In this document: in pieces, positions 40,443 through 51,980 of the stretch
Numbering within the stretch: position 1 is the first letter of the stretch
Layout of the letters: the number at the start of each line of letters is the position of its first letter
DNA from: Octopus sinensis
Lineage: Eukaryota
DNA: 64,000 bases
Direction of reading: 5' to 3'
NCBI RefSeq assembly: GCF_006345805.1
Contig: NW_021832529.1
Coordinates: 49,449 to 113,448, forward strand
Notes under the pieces: generated by a model
Told to the model about the DNA's origin: nothing
Seen by the model: the letters and a program-made list of their open reading frames with translations, nothing else
The model's database searches: none
Program-made: the position numbers and the translations under genes

Positions 40443-42189
40443 CAGGGGTTGGACAAAATAATGGAAACATCTTAAAATTTCTAACAAATTTATTTTAATA
40501 TGGGGTAGGACCGCTTTTGGCAGTATTTACAGCTTGAATTCTATGAGGTATGGACTCATACAAATTTTGATTTGTTTGCAAAGAAATTTTTGTCTATTCT
40601 TTAGCTAAATCAGTCTCCAGTTCTTGTAGTGATGATGGTTAGGATATCAACTCCTTACTTGTTTTTCTAAAATGCACCATAAATGTTCAATAATATTGAG
40701 ATCTGGGGACTGTGGTAGCCAGATAAGATGTTCAACTTCACTAGAATTTTCCTCATGCCATTCAGTAATAATTTTAGCTGTGTGAATTGGTGCATTATCA
40801 TCCTGAAAGATTGCGTTTCCCTCAAGAAACAGTTCCACAACCATAGGATGAATTTGATCAGATAAAATGCTTAAATAGTCTTGACTATTAATTCTGCCTT
40901 GAAGAGAAACCATTGGGCCAGCGGATTTCCAAGATATAGACCCCCAGGTCATCACAGATCCTCCTCCATGTTTAACAGTTGGAAGAAGGTAGTCTGGGTC
41001 AAATGCTTCTTTTGGCTGTCTCCACACATATACTTGACTGGTGGTTGGAAATAAGATAAAGGATGACTTGTCTGAGAAAATAACATTCTTCTACTGCTCT
41101 AGGGACCAATTCTGTAGGTTTTTACTCCACTCTAAATGCTTTGCAATGTTTGTTTTTGAAAGTAGTAGTTTTCTGATTGCAGCCCTCCCATGAAATCCAG
41201 TTTCATGCAGCTCCTGGTGAACAGTTTTTGTGGAAACTGGGTTCTCGAGGTGGTCATTAAGCTCTGCAGTAATTTTGGGAGATGTACTGTTGTGATCCTT
41301 TCTAACAATTCACATAAGAGTTCGATGGTCCCCATCTGAAAGTTTTCGTTTTCTTCCAGAGTTTTGTTTTGACGAGATTTTTCCCTCTTTCTCAAAGGCT
41401 GTCATTACTTTCGTGATAGTACTTTTTGATACACCAAACATTTCGGCTGTTTTCATTACACTAGTGCCTGCCATATGAGCACCAACAATTTGACCTCTTT
41501 GAAAGTCCGATAGATCTGTCATTTTAATGAATTTTAATTACCTTTTTATGATGATATCTGAAAAGAAACGGCAATTTTAGCAAAACATTAAGCAATACTA
41601 ATAATAAATCAAGAAACATAAAAATAAACAAGCTTTTGACAGTTTTATAGATATTTCAAAATTATGATGCTATTCGAAATCAAAATTAAATTCAATGACT
41701 GGCATCCATGCTAGTGGAGCGCTGAGAGTACCATACGAGCGTGATCATTGCCAGAGCAACAAGCAGGCCTCTGTGCCGATGGCACATAAAATGCACCATT
41801 TGAGCATGATCGTTACCTACGTCGCCTTACTGGCATTTGCCCTGGTGGCACACGAAAAAACATTCAAACGAGGTTCTTGCCAATGCTGCTGGACTGGCTC
41901 CTGTGCAGGTGGCACATAAAAAGTACCTGTTGAGCGTGGCCAATGCCAGTACCGCCTGACTGGCCCTCGTGCCGGTGGCATGTAAAAGCACCCACTACAC
42001 TCTCGGAGTGGTTAGCATTAGGAAGGGCATCCAGCTGTAGAAACTCTGCCAGATCAGATTGGAGTCTGGTGCAGCCATCTGGTTCGCAAGACCTCAGTCA
42101 AATCATCCAACACATGCTAGCATGGAAAGCGGACGTTAAACGATGATGATGTTGATGCTAGGTGTTTCCATTATTTTGTCCAACCCCTG
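40443..42189 (-). mobile_element. Tc1-type (DD34E) transposon with both TIRs and TA TSD; frameshifted transposase; RTE-tail insertion at ~41690-42157
   Basis: TA|CAGGGGTTGGACAAAATAATGGAAAC ... GTTTCCATTATTTTGTCCAACCCCTG|TA; HTH MTDLSDFQRGQIVGA, TVKHGGGSVM.WG, QDDNAPIH, SPDLNIIEHLW. Confidence 0.95.
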
Positions 42190-43217
42190 TATATCCATCT
42201 GTTTAGTTTGTTTTGAGCAAAAGCCTCAGAATGTTCTCTTAAAAGCTCCTATGCTTCTTGTTGTCAGCTACCACCTGTCAGTCTCATCTCCCAGTGGAAT
42301 GGTTATACAGGTGGAACTCCTTTCAGCTAAGGATAAATATAATAATAATAATAACTTGTGGATGGAAATTCGAAGGTTATCCTACATGTCTATTAGTTAG
42401 GAAGTTTTCATATTCATAAGATATCTATCATAATAATGAGCTTGTTTGTAAGTTTGTCCAAAATCATGCAACAAGAGAGTAGACGTCAGCATAAGTAAGA
42501 GTAAAAAAAAGGGAAGAGACAAAATGGTAATAACAATGAGAGAGGGATTGGTATCAAACACCTCTCGCCCTCTCCCTCTCTCTTTCTCTCTCTGAACAAA
42601 AGCCTTTTCACTTTATTGATGAACACTGCCTCGCTCTTTCTCTCACTTTCTATTTACAAATGCGCACACACACTCTCTCTTTGTCTCTCACTCTTTTCAC
42701 TCACTCTCTTTCTCTCTCTCAGCAACATTTTCATTTTTATTCAATGAACACTGATTTTTTTCTGATAAACATTAATAACAATATATAAGATAAGTAAATA
42801 AGATTTTTGCACCTCAAAATTATATTTTTTGTGTCTCTATGGATGTTTGACTTTTCTGGAAGATTTTTTTGTTTAAAAGACTGCAGCAAAGTTAATAGAA
42901 TATAAGATAAGTAAATAAGTAGTAATTTTTAAGTCATAAAATTAAAATATTGTCTATTGAAAGAAAGCTTGATAATTGTAGTGGGCTGGATGTGATGTAC
43001 CCACATCCTTTTTTCCAAGCTGAGATTTGAAATCAAATCTAAGGATTCTCACTCATCTGATCCTCCACTAGCCAAACAGGTGTGAAAGAAATTTCTTTGT
43101 CCTGTCAAAAAGTGATGAATGGGTTTCCCTTCAACCTATGACCTGAGCTGTGTCATTTAAGCTTCAAGTGGACAGGAGGTGACCTACATTGGTAGAAATT
43201 ACTCTTGTGGTATGTCT

Positions 43218-43445
43218 GGCGGCGAGCTGGCAGAAACATTAGCACGCCAGGCAAAATGCTTAGTGGTATTTCATCTGCCGCTACGTTCTGAGTTCAAATT
43301 CCGCCAAAGTCGACTTTGCCTTTCAACCTTTCAGGGTCGATTAAATAAGTACCAGTTACGCATTGGGGTCGATATAATCGACTTAATCCGTTTGTCTGTC
43401 CTTGTTTGTCCTCTCTGTGTTTAACCCCTTATGGGTAGTAAAGAA
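43218..43445 (+). mobile_element. Second tRNA-derived SINE family (inverted, diverged copies at ~38530-38720 and ~38820-39000)
   Basis: ggcggcgagctggcagaa...gagttcaaattcc (B-box-like), then gcctttca.ccttt...ggtcgat.aaataagtaccag body. Confidence 0.75.
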
Positions 43446-43489
43446 AAAGTATGTCTGTCCTTCTAGCTGTCATGACAACTATAAATACA

Positions 43490-44330
43490 GTCAGACATAC
43501 GACAGATGACAAACTGCGGCTAGCGCGATGTAGCGGCAGGCCTGTGCAAGGCCTGTGCCGTTCGCCCGCGTCTCCGCCGCCGAACCGTGCGTGAAATCGA
43601 AAGCACGAAACTAAGCGGGCGGTGTCGGCCACGTACGCGTGGACCTAGCCGCGACCGATGTTGCGAGGTACAGGCGTTCGATACGGCGACGTGGTCCGTC
43701 TCGTAAATTCCCGAAAGATGACAAACTGCGGCCGCTGCCGGTAGCAGCGGGCCTGCGCCTGCCTTCGCCCGCGCCTCCGCCGCGCTACCGCGAGGCTGAA
43801 GTGCGGCTTGAGCGAAGCTGGCGCTCTCGCCCACGTACACGTGGACGTAGGCGCGATCGATGCCGTCAGTCGCCGGGAGTGCGTGGCGATATGCACCGGG
43901 TAAAAACAGCGACGTGGTCCGACCCGTGAGTTAAGGAGGTGCTCGGACCGTAAGCAACGGATCGGCCCCGGCTGGATAGTCACGCCTCTAGGTGACCGTC
44001 GCACCCCAAGGGGGTCCAGACTAATATGTAGGGTTGTGGTTGATCGGCATAGGTTAGCGTCTCGGAGGGATGTCCTCGTAGCTCCTTTTCTGACGACGGT
44101 TAGCTCCCCGTTTGCCGGTGCAAGATCGATTCTACACGGCCGGCGCGTCCTCGAATTTCCGCCGCCGAACCGCCCGCCTTTCAGACGCTGCGTTCGCCCG
44201 CCCGTTGACGCCCGCGTTTGCCCGCCTTCGCCCGCCTTTTGAAGCTCGCCTTTGTCCGCCTTCGCCCGCCTCTGGACGTCCGCTTCTTCACGCCCGCCTA
44301 TTAGACGACCAATTTTTTGGTGTATCCAAG
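43490..44330. other. Unexplained CpG/GC-rich island with a diverged ~212-223-bp dimer and (cgcc)-rich tail
   Basis: agatgacaaactgcggc at 43504 and 43716; gcgacgtggtccg at 43686 and 43909; composition differs sharply from the AT-rich flanks. Confidence 0.8.
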
Positions 44331-44804
44331 AAGTAAATGCAAGTGTTGAGTAAATAAATTATTTAAAACACAATCCGATGCTTTCCCATTGTTTTACTTT
44401 GATGTCATCCACATGCCTATTTTATTTGCTACCTCAGCATTTTTTGCTACACCATCTCACTACATAATATTGTCTGTTTAAAGAAAGCTAAATAGAAAAG
44501 GAAGGTAATTATAAATATTTACAAATACTTGCCGATACAGTGATGTTTGTAAATATTTATGAATGAAGAATTTTGCTAAGGTGGTAAGAGTGTGAAAGAG
44601 ACAGAGATAGAGAATGTGTAGATCTTGCTTGGAAAAAAAAAGTCTCTGTGTATGCCATTAATATAATCCTGTGTAATTTTATACTTTGTATGGTTGTGTA
44701 TAGAAATATAAACAAATTAACGTACATACACACACGCACACAAATATACTCATTGTTTTGAAGTTTGTAATCTGTTGTATTAAATATATTTATCCACCTG
44801 CTAT

Positions 44805-45280
44805 GGAGAATGAATCTGATAGAAGGCGATGGTTAGCCAGAGAGAGAGACAAAGGTGAAGAACAGCCAGTCTCACTCAGGAAGAACTGGATGCAAGAAGA
44901 TTAAACAATACATTAAGGTTATTAAATCAATCACGAGAAGTGAGACAAGAGAGATGAGTGCAAAATGCAAGAAGACAGGCTTGAAGATGTCAAAATGAAA
45001 AGGAGCACCTAATTGCACAAAGGAGAGATATCCAAAAAGAGGGAGAGTGGCACAAAAGTGCCGAGATGAAACAGAAGAGAAAGCAGCAGTGAGGAGAGAA
45101 TATCTAAGAATGAGAGTATCACAAAGGCGACGATGAAACAGAAGAGGAAGCAGCACAAAGGAGAGAAATCAAGGAGAAGAATGGAAGAATTAAACGGACC
45201 ATCCAAAACAAGGCAAACTCATTGCTGGTAGGGTTTTCACTAGAAACGTACTGCTGAAGCAATTACTGAGATAAAAGTTG
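44805..45280 (+). pseudogene. Probable degenerate Helitron RepHel N-terminal (R/E-rich) region
   Basis: MENESDRRRWLARER...SLTQEELDARRLNNTLRLLNQSREVRQER, broken by frameshifts; resemblance only. Confidence 0.4.
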
Positions 45281-46435
45281 TAATGTTTTTATTTTAATTT
45301 TATTATCTGTATCATTTTCATGCTGTCATTTCTGACGGCACGGGTACACAAGTATCTAAGATTATTCTTAATACACACAAACACAACTCACATAATACAT
45401 ATCCACAAGCAATCCCACTTGATTCAATAAGTGAATACCAGTTGCTTGACCTGCTAAAAATAACAACTGGATCTGTTCAGTTAAGTATGGCTGTGGAAGT
45501 TAAGTTTGCTTTGCAACTAAGTGGTTTTGAGTTTGATCCTGCTGTGCAGCACCTTGGACAAGTGTTTTCTATCTTACCCTTAGGTCAATCAGAGCTTCTG
45601 GAATAAAAACTGGTATATGGAAGCTATATGGATCCCATTAAAGGGGCCATTCTTGGTGATAACGGTAGACTTAATCCTTAACACAACTACCTAATCCTTG
45701 AGGAACCTTCAACAGAGTCTGCTCTTCTGCTCTGATTTCAGGATAACCTCTTCCCTTCAGTTACATGGGTTCCTGAAATTAATAATGGATACTGTCCTTC
45801 TTCTTAATCATTAAAAAGAAAAAAGCTTCTAATAGTCCCTGAGGAATCAAAGTGAGCCATAATGGCCAATTCTGTTTGCTTGTATTCACTGCAATCATCA
45901 GTACTGTACACCAACTAAAATGAAATACGTTCCGATAGTCATGATAAGCACTGCATATATACATGTGCAATGTGGGCCCAGACTAGAACTAAACCTTAAC
46001 AACAGTCAAGTCAGTCACTTTATTGACTGATGGACAAAACTACAGGTTTAGTTTGACTGCTAGAAATAGGGAGAAATCTCCCTCAAATCACACCTTACAG
46101 TCTGCTTGGTCAAGGATAACATTGGACTAAACAACTACTGCTACTATTGTTGCAACAGATAAGATTGAAGATATATTTGCTATGTCACCTGGCACTCATG
46201 AATAATGATTTCTCTGAAACACAAAATCAGAAATGTGGAAGAGAAAATAAAAGTTTTAAGAACTGAAACTTTATCCTTATGTTTCACTCTGTCTACTATT
46301 TCCCAGTTTCAGTGCATTTATCACTTCCAGTCACCTCATTACTTTTAAATCCTGCCCAATTCACTACCACTCCAATCTTTGTTTTAAACAATAATTGAAA
46401 TTAAACATTTACAGAAGATATTTCTTCTTTTTCAG

Positions 46436-46536
46436 GACTGAATGTCAAGAACAGATAAAAGGTTTCTATGGCGCCAAGTTTAAGAAGTTCAGTACAGAAG
46501 AGGAAGCTCTGGCTTTTGCAGAAATTCCGGCATCAG
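46436..46536 (+). CDS. RNASEH1-like: RNase H1-like exon: hybrid-binding (Cauli_VI-type) domain, C-terminal half
   Basis: ttcttctttttcag| acceptor, |gtgaat donor; W.EC..Q+.GF.GAKFKKF.T.EEA.AF motif. Confidence 0.92.
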
Positions 46537-49500
46537 GTGAATAGAATTTTAGTGCTGTTTGGTATAATCAGTAGAGTGTTGAATGAATATCTTGTGGTAT
46601 TTAGCTCAGTTTTTTATGTTCTGAGTTCAAATCCTAGTTAGGTCAAATTAACTTTCATCCTTCTGGGGCTCAATAATGGTCCAGTACTGAGATTGATATA
46701 GTCAGCTGTTCTCTCATTGTGACTTTGTGTCTGTATCAAAAAATAATTATTGTGCAGGTTTGGTTGTGTTGTGAAGAAGCTTGCTTTGCAATCATATGAT
46801 TTCAGGTTCAGTCCTACAATGCTTGCATTTTGGGCAAGTGTCTTATACTATAGTCCAGGCTGACCAATACCTTGTGAGTGAATTTGGTAAACAGAACATG
46901 GACGATGCCAGCGCCGCCTTGACTGGATTCCGTGCCGGTGGCATGTAAAAAGCACCAATCCAATTGTGGCTGTTGTCAGCCTCACCTGGCACCTGTGCTG
47001 GTGGCACGTAAAAAGCACCCACTACACTCACGGAGTGGTTAGCATTAGGAAGGACATCCAGCTGTAGAAACATTGCCAGATCAGACTGGAGCCTGGTGCA
47101 GCCTTCTGGCTTCCTAGATCCCCGGTTGAACCATCAAACCCATGCTAGCATGGAGAACGGACGTTAAACGATGATGATGATGAAACTGAAGCCCATCACA
47201 CAAAGTGTGTCTGTCTTGTGTTTCTGCTTGACAACCAGAGTTAGTTTGTTTATGTGCCCATAACTTTGTAGTTTGACAAAAGAAACTGATGTAGTAAGTA
47301 CCAGACTTTTAAAAAATTAGTACTGGCTCACTTTGTTCAACTAAATCGTTCAAGGCAGTGCATGGCTGCAATCCAAAAGCTGAAACAAATAAAGATGAAA
47401 GATTGCTGTTGTGGCAGGATTAGTAGTGTCAGACAAAATGCTGTGCAGGTTTTGTTCCATCTCTTTCTATTGTGAGTTTAAATCCCACTATGATAAACTT
47501 TGTCTTTCATTTGTTGAGGGCCAATAAAAACAAAGTTCCAGTTAAGTACTATATTGGGCCACCATTAGTCAAGGTTAACCACATATCTGCTCTCGTGTGT
47601 ATGTTTGGACAAGATTTTTGAAGAAGACTAGCAGATACCTATTCCAGTCACCCCATCAACTTGATGCCCTTGTTATTTGCAACCCTTAAGCAAGGTAATA
47701 TTTTCCCTCATAGCCAGACATGTTTTTCACAGGAGATTAGAGATAAATAGCATTGTTTTAATGATGGAGATGTTCATTTACAATCATCACATCACACACA
47801 CACAAGGAACTTCTTTTAGTTTCCATCTTACAAATTCATTCATAAAGCTTTCTTTGGCCCAGGACTATAGCAGAAGATATTTGGTCTAGGTGCCACTGAA
47901 CCTGAAACCATGTGGATGACTAACAAATTTCTTAAATACACACACACTCTCTCTGTCTCTCAGTGGATATATATTTAATAGTCTTTTCCCATTTTTGCTC
48001 TCCCAAGTAATTAGTGTTTTTTTGTTAATATTATGTAACTAATTTGCTATTTTATTTATATATTAACAGACAAAACTCTCTCCAGTGTAGCAAAATCTAT
48101 TCAACCGATTGTGAAAAAACTCATGTCCAGAGTGAACGAATTCTCTCTTCTCTGTCAGACACTGGTGTCAATGCTGGCTGATTTGGATGACTCAGAAGAA
48201 AGCAAAGAATTTTCAACATTAGCATGTAATGTTGAAAATGATTTGGCTAAGTTGACAACAAGTGTTAAACTGGTAATTGATTCTAAGCTTTTGACAGGAA
48301 CTACTTCATCTGAAGATGCATCAGAATCTCCTGAAAAGAAAAAGAGTGTTCAAAAAGGAGGTTTTACTGGTAATGTATCATGTTTTCATTCTCCTTTTAA
48401 GAGATTGTTAATATTTTATTATTATTTTTTTTAAATGAAAACTTGCAGCTTATTTTGCTTGGTATGATAAAAAGTGTCAGCTTCTCCTAGCCAGCAGGCT
48501 AAAGTGACACTTGTTTACTGATCATGGTTCAAGAACCCTGTGGAGAACTCTTGCAGTTCCAAGCAATGCTGATTTTTACAGGTGTTCTATTTTTACATTT
48601 GTACCAATCTTCTTGAGCTGTATTGGTATTTGATAACTGCTGATTCTTCCACCTGCACCAATCACTATTTGTATCATGTCCACTCTCTCCATTGCCCATA
48701 ACCTGTGTATTTCCCACTTCAATTCATCATAGTTGTTCACTTTTTCTTTTTCTTTCTCTTCGATCCTGTTATCACCAGACATGCTTGTCAATTATCAGGC
48801 ATATTTTATTTTATTTTCTGTTCACCACAACAATGTTAGGTTTCCATTGTCTAATCTGATGATCACACTGAATCATTGTATTTCACAGGGTTTTGCAATC
48901 TTCATTCGCAGTAATTCCCTCTGAAATTTGGTCATACCATGTCTGATCTTTCTAGGCCATAATTTCCACAAATCTCCAATGGATCATTCTTGCCTCATTG
49001 TCTTGTCGTCTTTGTATTTACAGTGTGCTGATTTTGGTTATTCACTAACAATGCACACTGTTTCACTCCTCTCACCATTCATTTGGCATTTGTCACTCTT
49101 AGTTGTGCTATCAATTTTGCACTTTAAATAGTTTGTCCTCAATGCTTGTTCTTGTGCTGTGCATATAAGTGCTTCTGTGTCTGTCTTGGAGCTCATATCT
49201 CTTGCAAACTGACTGTACTTTTTTTTTTGTGTTCTTTTCTTCTTTAGATTTCTCTTTCTTAACACAATTATCAATTTTGATGATTTTGGACTTCTTCACA
49301 TGTATCAGCAATGGTTCGGTGGCATTTTTTACATATCATCCTAAGCTGCTTTTCTCTGCTTCAACACAATCCCAGCAACTGATCAAATCCTTCCCATCCT
49401 TTCTTCTGGACAAGTACAACCTATATGTATCACTCTTGGAATAAATTGCTCCATGCACTGTCAATAGTTTCCATGACTTCATAATCATACTCATCAGTCA

Positions 49501-51920
49501 ATAGTTTCTGTGTCTTTGAATCCATACTCATCATCATCATCATCATTATTATTATTGCAATCCCTACCAAGATCTACTTTGCCATTCACCTCTCCATGGT
49601 TAATAAAATAATGTACTTGTCAGTTACAAGGCAGGTTTTGTGCCTATACTAGAAACAATTATTATTATTAGGGATTGGTAGAATCAGTAGAGCATCAAGA
49701 AAATTTCTCACATGTGTTTGCTCTGGCTCTTTATGTCCTGAGTTCAAATTCTGCCAATGCCAACTTTGTCTTTCATCCTTTCAGAGTTGACCTTGAACTC
49801 ACCAATCAAGTAAGTTTAAGGTCAATGGTTTTGACTAACCTGCTCCCCTCAAAAATGTTGGCCTTGTGCCAAAATTAAAATCATTGGTATAGTCTCTCAC
49901 CAACGCTTCTCAGCCTCTGGGTCACAAACATGCTATTCCTTCACTCTGCCTTTTCTACCACTGATGCTGTGGTTTCTGCTCTTTGGAGCTGGCTGGTCTC
50001 AAGCCAATTTCTCTCATCTCTATCTTACTCTCCTCTGCCATATTCTGTCTAACTACTATGCCCAAGCCTACTTCACCAGGACATCAGTCTTTTGAAATCT
50101 ACTTGCTACTCTTCTTTTCCTGAAGTTGTATATAAACATAAACCACATTGATCTCATTGGTTTTGGAAGATTTGTCAGATATTCGTAGAGCCCTTCCTCA
50201 CAGTAAAATTGATAAAAAAGAAACAGCTTAACAATTACATTCACTCATTTGTCTCACCCTAAATATTCTCCCTAGAGATTACACTCTCCATAATTTCTAG
50301 CCAGTTCATAGATGATTTATATAAAGAGCCAGGCAACAATATATTTTTTATAATTTCTATAAAGAGCCAAGCTGCAATATATTTTTATATATAATTTATG
50401 CAAATTTTTTATTTACAGGGAAAAAATTGGCTGATGATGATAAAGATGTTTTCATTGCTGGCAGCTGTCTCAACAATGGTAAACCTGATGCCTCAGCTGG
50501 ACTTGGTGTCTACTGGGGAGAAAGAGAAAAGTAAGTTTTTTGTTGTTGTTTTGTTTCTTGTTAGCGCTTGACTAATAGTCACATAACAACATGGGATGGA
50601 TGGGGATAGAGCTAGAAATATAGAATGTGGTCCCCCATTTCTATTTATTCTTTGGGAACAGAAGGATTATTGTGCCTTTATAGATTTGAATTGTTTCAAT
50701 ATATCGCTTAGTAATGTTTCTATAAGCCATAACCTATCTGTCTTTTGTATATTTAGGACTACTTTATATAGTTTATCTTTTATGTAAAACAGTAAGGCTG
50801 TGATATGATGGGAAGAAACTTAGCAGATTTTCCTAGGAGATTGAGTGGGTAGAAACAACAAGGATGAGGGGGAATAATTTCTTTGGCATCAAGGAGGAAT
50901 TGCAAGTGAAAAAGCATCTGTTGGGGTACATCTGTGTTGAGGAAAATAAGGAGTCTCCGATTTTACAAATTTATAGTTATGTCACATTAAATTACTCTTT
51001 TGGACTTAAGGGTTGAACTTAGTTTTATATGGGGTTTTTTTAGGTTACATCAGTGGCTGGTTTCAAATTTCCCCCTCAGGTAATGTGTGGTCCATCCATC
51101 ACATATAGATTCCTTTGTTTGCTCAGTTGAAGATTTTGTCAGTGTCAGGAACAACATTGCCTGGACTGAGTTGCAGTATGGTGGTCATATTAAGATAATG
51201 GCACCTAATTTACTCCTTTGATTCATGTATATCTTTGTCATAATAAATATCCCTCACCCCTCATACTCTCCATCACAAATTAACTGGTAAGTCTTTACTT
51301 TATGTATTGAAGTTTGTTAAAATGTTGGTTTGTATATTGATAGGCGTTTCAGGGTGTGAACATTGTATATACTCTTTTTGTGTATGAATGTGTGTATATA
51401 GTGTGTGTAAATGTGTATATTTGTATGTCTGTAAATGTGTATCAGTCGTATCATTTTTGTGAAACCTGTCTTCCAGTTCGCTTTACTCACCCCTCTCTGC
51501 ATGTATATTTGTATGAACACAGATTGGCGGGGAGGCCTAGTAGTTAGTGTTGAACTTGTGAATGTGAGATCATTTCCTGGACTGGGCTGCTTGTTGTGTT
51601 CTTGAGTAAAACATTTTGTCTCACGTTGCTCTGCAATCACTTTGACATCTGATGTATGACACATCATCCATCTGTACAAACAGTGTCAATTTGATGGAGG
51701 GAGTGACCTAATGTGCAGTACAAACTTTTGATCTCTATAAGCATCATCTGTGCAGGTGTTTCATTGAGAGTCCATGTATGTACAGACACACATATATTTC
51801 TCAGCACTATTTTTAACATAAAAATATGAATCGCTATTCTGTTCACATATCTCTTTCTTTCCCCCTCTCTCTCTCTGTTTGTCTTTCTCTGTATAATGAC
51901 ATGTGTATACACATTCACAC

Positions 51921-51980
<60 letters not shown>

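Noticed and set aside
43429-44336. Arg/Pro/Ala-rich ORFs in the GC island as a protein-coding gene
   Set aside because: ORFs on both strands with composition-driven residues and no domain similarity; expected from stop-codon scarcity in GC-rich DNA.
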